From NCBI GenBank assembly GCA_963775425.1, contig CAVZJB010000005.1, positions 192,001-256,000 of the forward strand: a DNA stretch of 64,000 bases, written 5' to 3'. How positions within the stretch are numbered: position 1 is the first letter of the stretch; every line of letters starts with the position of its first letter. The notes below the pieces were generated by a model. That model made no database searches and was not told the origin of the DNA. It worked only from the letters and a program-made list of their open reading frames with translations. A program made the translations under genes and the position numbers. Positions 32,199-42,460 of this stretch are shown here, piece after piece. Source of the DNA: an uncultured delta proteobacterium. Lineage in GTDB: Bacteria > Myxococcota > UBA727 > VGSZ01.

Positions 32199-33094
32199 CG
32201 CATGCGTACCGCCGGGTTTTCGCCCGAAGGCGCGCCCTTGTCATCGTAGAGATAGAAACCCTTGCCCGTCTTTTTGCCGAGGTGCCCCATCTGCACGAGC
32301 CGCTTGAGGATCCGGGGGGGCCGGAAGCGCTCACCGAGCTCCGCGTGCATCCCGTTGGCGATGGCGAGCCGCACGTCGAGACCGACCAGATCGCCGAGGG
32401 CGAGGGGACCCATGGGGTGGCCGTAGCCGAGCTTCATGGCGGTGTCGATGTCGGCGACGCCGGCGACGCCCTCCTCGAGCATGCGCGCGGCCTCGAGCCC
32501 GAGGGACACGCCGAGCCGCGAGGTGGCGAAGCCCGGGGCGTCGTTGGCGACGATGACGGTCTTGCCGATGCGCTCCGCGAGCGCGCGCGCGCGCTCGAGC
32601 GTGGCGTCGGACGTCAGCGCGCCCTTCACGATCTCGAGGAGCTTCATGATGTGCACGGGGTTGAAGAAGTGAAGCCCCACGACGTCCTCGGGCCGCCTGG
32701 TGGCCGCGGCGATCTCGGTGATCGACAGCGACGACGTGTTGGACGCGAGGAGCGCGCCGTCTTTCATGCGCCGGTCGGCGTCGGCGAACAGCTCGCGCTT
32801 GAGGCCCATGTCCTCGGGGATGGCCTCGACGAGGAGGTCCGCCGTCGCCAGCGCGTCCCGCGACGCGTCGCCCTTCAAGTGGCCGAGCGCCTGGTCGCGC
32901 GCGGACGCGGCGAGCTTGCCCTTGTGCACGCCGGCCTCGAGGTTCTGCTTGATGCGCTCGAGGCCGCGCTCGACGAATTCCGGTTTGACGTCGACGAGCG
33001 TGACGTCGATGCCGGCGACGGCGAGCACGTGGGCGATGCCGTGGCCCATGGTGCCCGCGCCGACGACGACGGCCTCTTCGATCTTGTCGCTCAT
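32195..33094 (-). CDS. 3-hydroxyacyl-CoA (3-hydroxybutyryl-CoA) dehydrogenase
   Basis: [27 protein letters not shown] and GHPMGPL; coupled to the thiolase by an ATGA overlap. Confidence 0.95.
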   Translation of the reverse strand: MSDKIEEAVVVGAGTMGHGIAHVLAVAGIDVTLVDVKPEFVERGLERIKQNLEAGVHKGKLAASARDQALGHLKGDASRDALATADLLVEAIPEDMGLKRELFADADRRMKDGALLASNTSSLSITEIAAATRRPEDVVGLHFFNPVHIMKLLEIVKGALTSDATLERARALAERIGKTVIVANDAPGFATSRLGVSLGLEAARMLEEGVAGVADIDTAMKLGYGHPMGPLALGDLVGLDVRLAIANGMHAELGERFRPPRILKRLVQMGHLGKKTGKGFYLYDDKGAPSGENPAVRMR

Positions 33095-34299
33095 GGCCGC
33101 TCCACGATGACGGCGACGCCCTGGCCCACGCCGACGCACAGCGTGGCGAGGCCGACGGCGAGGTCCTTGTCCTCGAGCACGTGCAGGAGCGTGGTGAGGA
33201 TGCGCGCCCCCGAGCAGCCGAGCGGGTGGCCGAGGGCGATGGCGCCGCCGCGCACGTTGACGACGTCCTCTTGCAGGTCGAGCTTGCGCATGCACGCCAG
33301 CGACTGCGCCGCGAAGGCCTCGTTGAGCTCGACGGCCTCGAGATCCTTGATGGTCATGTCGGCGCGCTGGAGCGCCTTTTCGGTGGCGGGCACCGGGCCG
33401 TAGCCCATGGTCCGCGGCGACACTCCCGCCGAGGCCGCCGCCTTGATGACCGCCCGGATCTTCAGGCCGTGGGCGTCGGCGAAGGCGCGGGAGGTGACGA
33501 CGAGCGCGGCGGCGCCGTCGTTGAGCGACGACGCGTTGCCGGCGGTGACGCTGCCGCCCTGGCGAAACGCGGGCTTGAGCTTCTCGAGCGCGGCGAGGTT
33601 GGTGTCCGCGCGGGGACCCTCGTCGACGGAGACGGTGATCTCCGGACCCTTCCTTTGCGGGATGGCGACCGGCACGATCTCGCGGGCGAAGTCCTTCTCG
33701 CTGGCGACGGCGAGCTGGTGGGAGCGCAGGGCGAACGCGTCCTGGTCGGCGCGCGACACGCCCATCTCCTCGACGATGTTCTCCGCCGTCTCGCCCATCT
33801 GCTCGAGGGGAAACAGCCGCTCCATCTTCGGGTTGGGGAAGCGCCACCCGAGCGCCGTGTCGAACACCGCGGGCGCCCCCGTGGGGAAGCCGGCCGCCGG
33901 CTTCATCATGCTCCAGGGCGCGCGGGTCATGCTCTCGACGCCGCCGGCGACGCAGACCTCGGCGTCCCCGACCTTGATCATCCGCGCGGCCTGGACGACC
34001 GCTTCGAGGCCGGAGGCGCACAGCCGGTTGAGCGTCACTCCCGGCACGTGCTCCGGCAGGCCCGCCAAGAGCGACGCCATGCGGGCGACGTTGCGGTTGT
34101 CTTCGCCCGCCTGGTTGGCGCAGCCGGCGAAGACCTCGTCGACGACGGCGCCGTCGACGCGGGCGCGCCCGACGGCCTCCTTGACCACGAGGGCCAAGAG
34201 GTCGTCGGGGCGGACGGCGGAGAGCGCCCCGCGCAGCTTCCCGATGGGGGTGCGACAGGCGCTCACGATCACGGCATCGCGGTCGGTCATGGGCTCCAT
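33091..34299 (-). CDS. Thiolase / acetyl-CoA C-acyltransferase (PaaJ/PcaF-like)
   Basis: [33 protein letters not shown] and LCVGVGQG motifs. Confidence 0.95.
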   Translation of the reverse strand: MEPMTDRDAVIVSACRTPIGKLRGALSAVRPDDLLALVVKEAVGRARVDGAVVDEVFAGCANQAGEDNRNVARMASLLAGLPEHVPGVTLNRLCASGLEAVVQAARMIKVGDAEVCVAGGVESMTRAPWSMMKPAAGFPTGAPAVFDTALGWRFPNPKMERLFPLEQMGETAENIVEEMGVSRADQDAFALRSHQLAVASEKDFAREIVPVAIPQRKGPEITVSVDEGPRADTNLAALEKLKPAFRQGGSVTAGNASSLNDGAAALVVTSRAFADAHGLKIRAVIKAAASAGVSPRTMGYGPVPATEKALQRADMTIKDLEAVELNEAFAAQSLACMRKLDLQEDVVNVRGGAIALGHPLGCSGARILTTLLHVLEDKDLAVGLATLCVGVGQGVAVIVERP

Positions 34300-34373
34300 C
34301 CCTAGATCCTCGGTTAGGCTCTTGGTTGTCCCCCTGCGCCGCGGTGCGCAAGGTGGGTTGAAGGACACGCCGC

Positions 34374-35507
34374 TTGAATCCCTGGGTCCAGCGCTTTCTC
34401 ATCTCCTTTGCCGCGGGCGCCGCCACGTCCGGGGTCGTCGCGGGCACGGCCAAGAAGCCGCACCGCCTGAAAAAGCGCAAGAAGAAGCGGAAGAAGGACG
34501 GCACCCTCAAGGAGGAGCCCGTCTCCGTCGGGGCGATCGCCCTGAAGGACGCCCGGCTCCCCGAGGAGCGCGGGCTCACCGCCGGGGAGTGGCGCGACGC
34601 CGTCGTCGCACGCGGCAGGAGCGTCGCCGGCGTCTTCAAGCGAACGAAAAAGCCCGAGCCGTCGTCGTCGTCGTCGTCGCGGGAGCCCGACGAGGTGCAG
34701 AGCCGCGACGGCGCCCCGGTCTCGACCAAGAACAAGCGGCGCAAGCGCCGCGGGCGCGGCAAGAAGCGGCCTCAGGCGACCCTGTGGGACTCGGCCAAGG
34801 AGTCCTTCAAGCAGACCGTCAAGGAGACGGTGAAGGAAGAGGTCAAGCAGACGGCCGTCGGCGGCGCGTTCGAGAAGCTCAAGACCGTCGGCGCCAAGGT
34901 GAAGGAGGGCGCCAACACCGCCCTCGAAAACGCACAGAAGGCCGCCAAGAACGTCAAGCTCGACGAGAAGCTCAAGGACGCGCGGAGCGCCATCGAGGCC
35001 GCCGTCGCCGTCGCCCAGGGCGACGATCGCGAGCGCGCCGACGCGCGCGACGCGCTGCCCGGCACCGGATCGGCGGAGGGCGAGCCGCCCGAGGCCGCCG
35101 CCGGCGAGGGCGAGGCGCCCCCGACGTCGACGACGGGAGACGCCACGAGCGAGGCGGGCGACAACGTCGGCGAGGTCGCCAAGCGCGTCGTCGACGCGGT
35201 CGGCACCTGGCTCGAGGGACCCGGCGCGCCCCGCGCGTCCAGGCGCGTCCGGCCCGCCGTCCGGCACGCCGTCCGGCCCGCCGGAGGCGGCGACGTCGTC
35301 GAGGCCAAGGACGCCTCGTCCGCGCCCGTGACGCCCGGCGCCGCGCAGCCTCACCCCGCGCCGGGAGTCGGCGCGGCTGACGACGCGGGTGACGACGGCG
35401 GCGGCGGCGCGGGTGACGACGGCGGCGGCGGCGCGGGTGACGGCGGCGGCGGCGGCGCGGGTGACGACGGCGGCGGCGCGGGCGGCGGCGACAAAGCCGC
35501 GGAGTAG
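34374..35507 (+). CDS. Hypothetical protein: hydrophobic N-terminus, Lys/Arg-rich patches, helical core and acidic Gly-rich tail
   Basis: Long ORF with genome-typical GC3 usage; no recognisable family. Confidence 0.6.
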   Translation: MNPWVQRFLISFAAGAATSGVVAGTAKKPHRLKKRKKKRKKDGTLKEEPVSVGAIALKDARLPEERGLTAGEWRDAVVARGRSVAGVFKRTKKPEPSSSSSSREPDEVQSRDGAPVSTKNKRRKRRGRGKKRPQATLWDSAKESFKQTVKETVKEEVKQTAVGGAFEKLKTVGAKVKEGANTALENAQKAAKNVKLDEKLKDARSAIEAAVAVAQGDDRERADARDALPGTGSAEGEPPEAAAGEGEAPPTSTTGDATSEAGDNVGEVAKRVVDAVGTWLEGPGAPRASRRVRPAVRHAVRPAGGGDVVEAKDASSAPVTPGAAQPHPAPGVGAADDAGDDGGGGAGDDGGGGAGDGGGGGAGDDGGGAGGGDKAAE

Positions 35508-35890
35508 CGCGAGGCCGTCCCTCGACGAGGCTCGACGCCGACCCGGGTGAGCACCGCTTCGGCGGCGAGGGCGAAGCCGACGCCGGCGCCGATGCCGAGC
35601 GCGTCGTAGGCGAGGTCGCCGAACGACGGGGTGCCGAAGCCGGCCAGGTCGAGCGACTCCTTGCCGAGGGACACGGCAGCGCCCGCAGCGGCGCCGGCGA
35701 CGACGCGGGCCCACAGCGGCGCGTCGAGGGCGCCGGCCGCGGCCCACGCGCCGCCGGTGACGGCGACGTTCGCCGCGAAGTGCTCGAGCTTGTCGGTGCC
35801 CGAGATGTCGTCGAGGCCGCGGACGCGTTGCAGTTGGGCGGGCGCGGAGGACGCGATGACGAGGGCCACTGCGATGAGCGAACAGGCCAT
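35351..35890 (-). CDS. YfiM/DUF2279-like membrane protein
   Basis: DKLEHF...SLGKESLD...SFGDLAYDALG matches the YfiM pattern DKxxHF/GKExxD/SxxDLxxD. Confidence 0.65.
   Translation of the reverse strand: MACSLIAVALVIASSAPAQLQRVRGLDDISGTDKLEHFAANVAVTGGAWAAAGALDAPLWARVVAGAAAGAAVSLGKESLDLAGFGTPSFGDLAYDALGIGAGVGFALAAEAVLTRVGVEPRRGTASRYSAALSPPPAPPPSSPAPPPPPSPAPPPPSSPAPPPPSSPASSAAPTPGAG
35385..35480. repeat. 24-bp tandem repeat (about 4 copies) in the overlap of two convergent ORFs
   Basis: GCGGGTGACGACGGCGGCGGCGGC-type units at 35385, 35409, 35433 and 35457. Confidence 0.85.
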
Positions 35891-35948
35891 GGCAGGACGC
35901 TACCGCCGCAAACTGTCGCGGCGCGAACCGCCCGGCTATGGTCGAGGC

Positions 35949-37499
35949 ATGAGCGCCGCGGAGGAGGCAGGGCAGGCATCCGTCGTCACCCGCGTCTTCC
36001 CGCAAGCGTTCGGCCGCTACGTGCTCCTGCATCCGCTCGCCCGAGGGGGGATGGGCGCGGTCTTCCTCGCCAAGTACGCGGGCAACGCCGCGGCGTTCGA
36101 GCGCTTCTGCGTCATCAAGACCCTGCAGCGCCAGCTCACGGAGGACCCGGAGGCCGTGCGCCGCTTCTTCGACGAGCTCAAGGTCGTCGCCCAGCTCAAC
36201 CACAGGAACATCTGCTCCATCTTCGACGCCGGCGCCGTCGACGGCCGCTGCTACTTCGCCATGGACCACGTCGCCGGCGTCGACCTGCAGGCGCTCACCG
36301 AGCGATGCAGGCGAAACGGCGCGCCGCTGCAGCCCGCGCTCATCGTGCACATCATCGGGGAGGTGCTCGAGGCGCTCGGCTACGCCCACCGCCTCATCGA
36401 CGGCGTCACCGGGCGCCCCCTGGGCATCGTTCATCGCGACATCTCACCGCACAACGTGCTCGTGAGCTTCGAGGGAGAGGTCAAGCTCATCGACTTCGGC
36501 CTCGTCGTGTCGCGTTTGAAGACCAACCGCACGCAGCCCGACGTGGTGGTCGGCAAGGTCGCGTACATGTCGCCCGAGCACGCGTCCGGCAATCCCGTCG
36601 ATGCGCGCGCGGATCAGTACTCGGCCGCCGTCGTCGCCGCCGAGCTGTTCACCAACAGTGAGTTCTACGCCGACGTCCCCAGCCAACAGGCCATGTGGGC
36701 GCGCGCGGCCATGGGCGGTCACCGCCCACCCGGCTTCGCCGCGCTCGACCCCGCGCTGCGCGCCATCCTCGACCGCGCGTTGCAACCGAGCGCCGACAAT
36801 CGCTTCGACTCGTGCGAGGACCTGCGCGACGCCCTCGACGGGTGGGCCGCGCGCGCCGGGCTCCACGCGACGCCGCGCGCCCTCCGGGAGCTCGCGCGCA
36901 CCCACTTCGGCGCCGAGGCCGACGAGCGCCGCCTCCTCCTCGCGAGCTTCTCGGACATCAGCGCCGCCCCCGAGCGCGCGCCGGCGACCGCGGTCGCCCC
37001 CGCCGCGCTGCCGACGTTCACGAGCCCGCCGCTCACGCCGATGGCGCTCGCGTCGCCGTCGCCGCCGCGGAGGCCTTCGGCCCTCGAGGCGCCGACGGTG
37101 CTCGCGATCGAGGAGCCGCGCCGGCGGGCCCCCGACAGCGCGCCTGTCGTCATCGGCGTCGAGCAGGTGGCGCGCATGCAGGAGGCGCCGCCGCACCAGC
37201 GGGCCGTCGCGGGGGGCGGCTTCGAGGCCGCCCTGCGCGCGCTGCCGAAAGCGAGCGCGGGCGCCACCGAGGTCGTCGTGCGCGCGCCCGTCGACGACAC
37301 CGGCGAGTATCGGCCCGTTCCCCCGGTGCCGGTGATCGAGCGCGGCCGCTCCCTGCGGTCGCCGAACGAGCGCGGCCGCTCCGCCGCCGTCGGCGTCATC
37401 GCGCTCGTCGTCGTCCTCGCCGCATGCGCGCTGATCGCGGGCCAACGCCTCGGCTATGTCGACTTCCCCGCGCTCGCGTCGCTGGTCGGCCGTCCGTAG
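35949..37499 (+). CDS. Ser/Thr protein kinase with a C-terminal TM anchor
   Basis: LARGGMGAV, VIKTL, HRDISPHN, DFG and GKVAYMSPE; C-terminal VGVIALVVVLAACALIA. Confidence 0.93.
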   Translation: MSAAEEAGQASVVTRVFPQAFGRYVLLHPLARGGMGAVFLAKYAGNAAAFERFCVIKTLQRQLTEDPEAVRRFFDELKVVAQLNHRNICSIFDAGAVDGRCYFAMDHVAGVDLQALTERCRRNGAPLQPALIVHIIGEVLEALGYAHRLIDGVTGRPLGIVHRDISPHNVLVSFEGEVKLIDFGLVVSRLKTNRTQPDVVVGKVAYMSPEHASGNPVDARADQYSAAVVAAELFTNSEFYADVPSQQAMWARAAMGGHRPPGFAALDPALRAILDRALQPSADNRFDSCEDLRDALDGWAARAGLHATPRALRELARTHFGAEADERRLLLASFSDISAAPERAPATAVAPAALPTFTSPPLTPMALASPSPPRRPSALEAPTVLAIEEPRRRAPDSAPVVIGVEQVARMQEAPPHQRAVAGGGFEAALRALPKASAGATEVVVRAPVDDTGEYRPVPPVPVIERGRSLRSPNERGRSAAVGVIALVVVLAACALIAGQRLGYVDFPALASLVGRP

Positions 37500-37502
37500 A
37501 CG

Positions 37503-38429
37503 TCAGGCGCCCGGCGGCAACAAGGACGCGAGCGCCGCGTGCACCTGGCGGATGCTCTGCGGGCGATCGGCGGGGGACTTCTTGAGACACGCGAGCACGA
37601 GCGCGTCGAGCGCCGGCGGCACCGCGTCGAGGTCGGCGGGCCGCTGGCGGCTCGGTGCGGAGGCCTCGACGGTGGCGATGGCCCGCAGGAGCTTCTGCGT
37701 CGAGGCCTCGTCGAACGGCAGGCGGCCGGTGAGCGCCTCGTACAGGAGCACGCCGAGGCCGTAGACGTCGGCGCGGTTGTCGAGGTCGGCGGTGCCGAGG
37801 AGCTGCTCGGGCGCCATGTAGCCGGGGGTGCCGAGCTGGCGGCCGAGGGCGGTCTGGTGGCGCCGGTCGAGCGAGTTGTCGAGGAGCTTGGCGACGCCGA
37901 AGTCGAGCACCTTGACGAGCTCGCCGCCGTCGCGCCGCGCGAGGAAGACGTTCTCCGGCTTGAGGTCTCGGTGCACGAGCGCGGCGTCGTGGACGGCCGC
38001 GAGCGCGCTGGCGACGGCGACGGCGACGCCGACCGCGCGCGCGACGGACAGCGGGCCCTCCTCGTCGAGGGCTTCGGCGAGCGTACGTCCCTCGAGCAGC
38101 TCCATCACGAAGCCCGGCGGCCACGGCGGCGCGTCCACGAAGTCGGCGACGGCGACGACGTTCACGTGGGCGAGGCTGGCGATGGCGTCGGCCTCGAGGA
38201 AGAAGCGGCTGACGACGTCGGCGTCGAAGGCGTAGCGCGCACGCAGCACCTTCATCGCGAACACCTGGCCCGAGCCGACGTGCTCCACGCGGTACACCCA
38301 GCCCATCCCACCGGACGCGATCTGCTCGACGACCTTGTAGCCGCCGACGACGTCACCGGCGCGCGGCTTGTTCGCGTTGTTGCCGGTGGAGTCGCCCGAC
38401 GGTGTGGAGAGTCGCCTGCGGCGCATCAA
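37503..38429 (-). CDS. Stand-alone Ser/Thr protein kinase
   Basis: IASGGMGWV, AMKVL, HRDLKPEN, DFG and GTPGYMAPE. Confidence 0.93.
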   Translation of the reverse strand: MMRRRRLSTPSGDSTGNNANKPRAGDVVGGYKVVEQIASGGMGWVYRVEHVGSGQVFAMKVLRARYAFDADVVSRFFLEADAIASLAHVNVVAVADFVDAPPWPPGFVMELLEGRTLAEALDEEGPLSVARAVGVAVAVASALAAVHDAALVHRDLKPENVFLARRDGGELVKVLDFGVAKLLDNSLDRRHQTALGRQLGTPGYMAPEQLLGTADLDNRADVYGLGVLLYEALTGRLPFDEASTQKLLRAIATVEASAPSRQRPADLDAVPPALDALVLACLKKSPADRPQSIRQVHAALASLLPPGA

Positions 38430-38499
38430 CGCTCCGCTCGAACGCGGTCCCGGCGGCGCGGGCGTCTCGTCGGGAGCATTGGCGTACTATACCTTCCAC

Positions 38500-40254
38500 G
38501 TGGAGAAACCGGTCCTCGGCCTCGACTTCGGCACCACCAAGATGATCGCTGCCTGGATCGGCGCCGACGGCAAGGTGGTCTTTGCCGCGGGCGACGAAGG
38601 GGTGAGCGAGATCCCTTCGGTGGCGTCGTACCAGGGCACGCGCGGCTCCACCGTGCTCGGCACGGAGGCGCGAAAGCTCTTCTCCATCGATCCCAAGCGC
38701 ACGGTGGTGGGCGTGAAGCGCTTCCTCGGACGGCGCTTCCAGTCGGACTTCGTCGGCCGCAGCCGGCAGCAGTTCTTCTACCCGCTCGTCGAGGGACCGG
38801 GCGGGCTCACCGCCGTCGAGCAGCGCGGCGAGATCATCCCGCTCGAGAGGGTGGCGGCGCGGCTGGTGGGACAGATCGTCGAGCACGCCAACGCCGGCCT
38901 CGGCGTGCCCTTCGAGCAGTGCGTGGTCGCGTGCCCCGCGCACTTCACGCAGCGGCAGCGGCGCGCGCTGAAGGAGGTGGTGGAGTCGTGTGGCCTCGAG
39001 GTCGTCGCCATGATCCTCGAGCCCACCGCCGCGGCGCTCACGCTCCCGGACCCCGACCGCGAGCGCACGCTGCTCGTGTACGACCTCGGCGGCGGCACGT
39101 TCGACACCACGGTTTTGCGCGTGGAGTCAGGCGTGGTGCGCGTGCTCGCCACCGGCGGCGACGCGCTCCTCGGTGGTTTCGAGCTCGATCAGAAGATCGC
39201 CGCCGAGCTCATCGACATCTTCAAGCGGGACCACGGCGTCGACCTGCGCGACAACCCTCTCGCGATGCACACCCTCGTCGACGCGGTGGAGGCGGCCAAG
39301 ATCGCGCTCACCACCGCCGACAGCGCGCCGCTCTCCGTCACGCTCGTGGACCAAAAGCGCGGCTTGATCACGCTCGAACGCACGCTCACGCGCGGCGAGT
39401 TGGACGCGTTCGTGGCGCCGCTCGTGGAAAAGACCATCGGCATCGCCCAGGACGCGTTGAAGCAAGCGGGCCTCACGCCGGCGGAGCTCGACGACGTGCT
39501 CGTCGTCGGCAGCCAGACGCGCATGCCCTACATCCAAAAGCGCGTCACCGAGGCCTTCGGCAAGACGCCCAACCCGTCCGTGGATCCCACCCGCTGTGTC
39601 GCGGTGGGGGCCGCCGTCCTCGGGGGCGCCGAACAGATGCTCTTCGACGCGCTCGCGATGCCCATCTGCCTGATGTCGCCCGGGGCCGCGCCCCTCGAGC
39701 TGCTCCCCAAGAACACCCGCGTGCCCGCGACGCTCGCAAACGAGCTCGAGCGGCCGCCGGGGCCGCTCCTCGGCGTCGTCTATGAGGCCACCGACGTCGC
39801 CGCCATCGACCGCGACGTCCTCGGCCGCCTGGTGCTCCCCGCCGACTGGCACGCCACCCACCCCGGCCCGTACACGCTCGAGGTGCGGTGCACCGCCGCC
39901 TTCGATCTGTCCTTCGCCGTGTCCGCCGGCGGCGAGCGCGTCGCGCTGTCGCTCGATGATCCCGCGCGCCCGGCGTCGCCGGCGCCGTCGGCCGAGCGCG
40001 CGTGCGACCTCGCTTGCATGGTGCGCACGTCCGCCGGCGGCGCCCCGGTGCCCATGAAGGCCGTGCGCGTCGGCCCCACCGCCATGGCGCTCGAGGGACG
40101 CGCGCTGCCCGCCGGCCCCGTCGAGGTCTCCGTGCGCCGCGGCCGCGACATCCACGTCGTCCGCGGCACGGTCGACGCCGCCAACGCCCGGGCGGTGCGC
40201 CTGCAGCCGGGCGACGCTCTCACCAGGCTCCTCGCGTCGCTGCCTCCGGCGTAG
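38500..40254 (+). CDS. Atypical Hsp70/DnaK-family protein with a divergent SBD and a possible degenerate PilZ-like C-terminal domain
   Basis: GLDFGTT, EPTAAAL, VYDLGGGTFD and LVVGSQTRMP; no helical lid. Start GTG 38500. Confidence 0.85.
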   Translation: MEKPVLGLDFGTTKMIAAWIGADGKVVFAAGDEGVSEIPSVASYQGTRGSTVLGTEARKLFSIDPKRTVVGVKRFLGRRFQSDFVGRSRQQFFYPLVEGPGGLTAVEQRGEIIPLERVAARLVGQIVEHANAGLGVPFEQCVVACPAHFTQRQRRALKEVVESCGLEVVAMILEPTAAALTLPDPDRERTLLVYDLGGGTFDTTVLRVESGVVRVLATGGDALLGGFELDQKIAAELIDIFKRDHGVDLRDNPLAMHTLVDAVEAAKIALTTADSAPLSVTLVDQKRGLITLERTLTRGELDAFVAPLVEKTIGIAQDALKQAGLTPAELDDVLVVGSQTRMPYIQKRVTEAFGKTPNPSVDPTRCVAVGAAVLGGAEQMLFDALAMPICLMSPGAAPLELLPKNTRVPATLANELERPPGPLLGVVYEATDVAAIDRDVLGRLVLPADWHATHPGPYTLEVRCTAAFDLSFAVSAGGERVALSLDDPARPASPAPSAERACDLACMVRTSAGGAPVPMKAVRVGPTAMALEGRALPAGPVEVSVRRGRDIHVVRGTVDAANARAVRLQPGDALTRLLASLPPA

Positions 40255-40276
40255 GGCTGCGGAGGGGGGGGCGCGC

Positions 40277-40798
40277 TCAGCGCACGGCGGCGGAGCTTCG
40301 GACGTCGCGGACGACCAGCGTGTTGGTGCGCTCGTCGACGGTGACCGTCCCCCGCGGCGACAACAGCGCCTTCACCTTGTCGGCCATCTCCCTGGCCGGC
40401 GTGTAGTTGCAGGGGATGAGGCGCGTGACGAGCGGACCGGAGCGCTCGCGCCGGGCGGCGAGGTCGAGGGCGCGCTCCTCGGCGGCGTCGAGCGCGGCCT
40501 GGGGGGCGATGAAGATGATGTCGCCGTCCCTCTGCGAGCCGAAGCCCTTGGTGCGCAGGATGACCTCGAGGGCCTGGTCCCACGGCACGTCCGCGAGCTT
40601 GATGGTGACCTTGCCCTTGATGTCGTCGCCGAACACGATGTTCTTGCCGCTGACGTCGCCGATGAGCCGCAGGACGTTGCCGATGTCCGCGTTTTGCAGG
40701 TCGATGGTGATCTTCTTGCCCGTATAGCGGTGCCCCGGCGGCCTGGCCGTGGCGGCGAGCGAGAGCGACAGGGCGACCGCGATGAGCCAGAAGCGCAT
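40277..40798 (-). CDS. Secreted protein made only of secretin (PilQ-like) N0/STN and N1 domains
   Basis: GGAGG SD and signal peptide; YTGKKITIDLQNADI..VLRLI, VTIKL.DVPWDQAL and VDERTNTLVVRD, then a stop with no secretin barrel. Confidence 0.82.
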   Translation of the reverse strand: MRFWLIAVALSLSLAATARPPGHRYTGKKITIDLQNADIGNVLRLIGDVSGKNIVFGDDIKGKVTIKLADVPWDQALEVILRTKGFGSQRDGDIIFIAPQAALDAAEERALDLAARRERSGPLVTRLIPCNYTPAREMADKVKALLSPRGTVTVDERTNTLVVRDVRSSAAVR

Positions 40799-40830
40799 GT
40801 CCACCTCCGGCGGCCGCCGCCCCTGGGCCG

Positions 40831-41292
40831 CTACCCCTGGGTTCGGGCCGTGAACGCGAAGAGCATCGCCGGTCCGCCGCGGTGGGGGACGGCGACGAAG
40901 ATGGTGCCGCCGTTGGGCACCGCGACGAGGGTGTCGAATTTCAAGGCGCTGATGGACAGCTGGAAGCGCAGCTTGCCGCCCGCCTGTTTGCCGTGGGCGG
41001 CCACCTGGAGGAAGCGCCGGCCGCCCTTGTGGCCCTTGGGCTGCGGGATCTCCAGGGAGACGCGCTCCCCGGGGCGGATGGCGGTGGTCTGCGCGTCGAG
41101 GAGCTTGAGCTCCTTGAAGGGGAGCGCCTTGAGGTCCTTGGCGAACGCGCGCAGCCGCGGGTCCACGTGCTGCGAGGCGCCGCCGGGGCCGGGGACGCCC
41201 TCGATGACGCGCAGCTCGACGAGGTAGCGCTCGGAGGGGGCGTCGGCGGGCGCGTGCAGGGACATCACGGCGGTGAGGGCCAGGAGAATCAC
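40831..41292 (-). CDS. Secreted hypothetical protein in the ECF operon
   Basis: Signal peptide, beta-rich, NGGTIFVA; 1-nt gap to the anti-sigma gene. Confidence 0.7.
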   Translation of the reverse strand: MILLALTAVMSLHAPADAPSERYLVELRVIEGVPGPGGASQHVDPRLRAFAKDLKALPFKELKLLDAQTTAIRPGERVSLEIPQPKGHKGGRRFLQVAAHGKQAGGKLRFQLSISALKFDTLVAVPNGGTIFVAVPHRGGPAMLFAFTARTQG

Positions 41293-41293
41293 G

Positions 41294-42445
41294 TCAGGTC
41301 CCCTGCTCGTCGTCGGCGTCCACCCAGATGACGGTGATGTTGGAGCTCTCCGTGGAGAACACCACCGTGGTGTCGGTGGCGTCGATGGCCTCGACGTCGG
41401 CGGAGTTGTCGGCGAGCACCGGCAGGTCCGTGTTGGGGACGGCGGTGGGCGCCTCGGCGAGCACCTCGGGCGCCAGCTCGCGCACCAGCTCGTCGGTGGT
41501 GGCCTCGCGCGTGGCCACGGTGTCGCCGCCCTTCTCGCTCACGCCCGAGGGGCCGCGCACGACGAAGAACAGCGCGGCGGCGCCGGCGGCGAACGCGAGC
41601 GGCGCGCGGGCGGGGGCGAAGGCGCGCCACAGCCGCGACAACAGCGGCTCCGCGGGGGCCATGGCGCGGTCCGCGCCTCCGCCCCGGGCGGCGAGCCCCT
41701 GGCTCTGCAGGGCTTCGACGGCCTGGACGGCGGCGGCGCCGGCCTTGGCCGCGGCCTGCGCGAACGCCGGGCTGTCGACGGCGGCGCGCAGGGCCTCGCC
41801 GACGTGCGCCGTCGACGCGAGCGCGAGCAGCTCGCCCGCTTCGTCGTGGCGCGCGAGCAGCCCGTCGAGCTCCGCGGACTCCGCCGGCGTGAGCGCGGCG
41901 TCGATGTCGGCGGAGGCGAGGACGAAGAGCCGCTCGCGGGCGGCCACCTGGGCCGCCACCTGATCCGGCAGCGCCGCGAGGCCGTCGACGACGGAGCCGA
42001 TGTGGGCGACGGCGCGCGCGGCGCTCTGCACCGCCTCCGTCGATGCAACGAAGCCCGCCAGGGCGGGGGCCAGGGCGGGCTTGTGCTGCAGGATGGTGTC
42101 GAGGTGGTCGCGGCCGGCGCCGTCGAGCGCGTCGTCGACGAAGAGGTTGGCGAGCTCGAGGACGCCCGCCTCGGTGGCCGGGATCTGCGCGGGGGCCGTG
42201 GCGCCGAGGATGGAGGCCGTGAGGTCTTCGGCCTCGTCCGCCGTCAGCGAGGCGGGCGACAGCGGGCTGTCGAGGCGGGCGGCGCTCATGGCCTCGAAGG
42301 CCTGGAGGAGGGCCGGGTCTTGGCTCAGTGCGTCAAGAACGGCGGGCTCATCGTCGGCCGGCAGCTCGCCGTCGAGGTACGCGCTGAGCATCATCAGCAG
42401 CGCCTCCCGCTCGAGCTTCTTTTCGACCTTGCCGGCCATGTCCAT
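41294..42445 (-). CDS. Membrane anti-sigma factor with three tandem ASD-like repeats
   Basis: LSAYLDGEL, LANLFVDDAL and LASADIDAAL; TM PLAFAAGAAALFFVV; C-terminal TVIWV; directly downstream of the ECF sigma. Confidence 0.75.
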   Translation of the reverse strand: MDMAGKVEKKLEREALLMMLSAYLDGELPADDEPAVLDALSQDPALLQAFEAMSAARLDSPLSPASLTADEAEDLTASILGATAPAQIPATEAGVLELANLFVDDALDGAGRDHLDTILQHKPALAPALAGFVASTEAVQSAARAVAHIGSVVDGLAALPDQVAAQVAARERLFVLASADIDAALTPAESAELDGLLARHDEAGELLALASTAHVGEALRAAVDSPAFAQAAAKAGAAAVQAVEALQSQGLAARGGGADRAMAPAEPLLSRLWRAFAPARAPLAFAAGAAALFFVVRGPSGVSEKGGDTVATREATTDELVRELAPEVLAEAPTAVPNTDLPVLADNSADVEAIDATDTTVVFSTESSNITVIWVDADDEQGT

Positions 42446-42460
42446 GTTCTCCCGGGCTCG

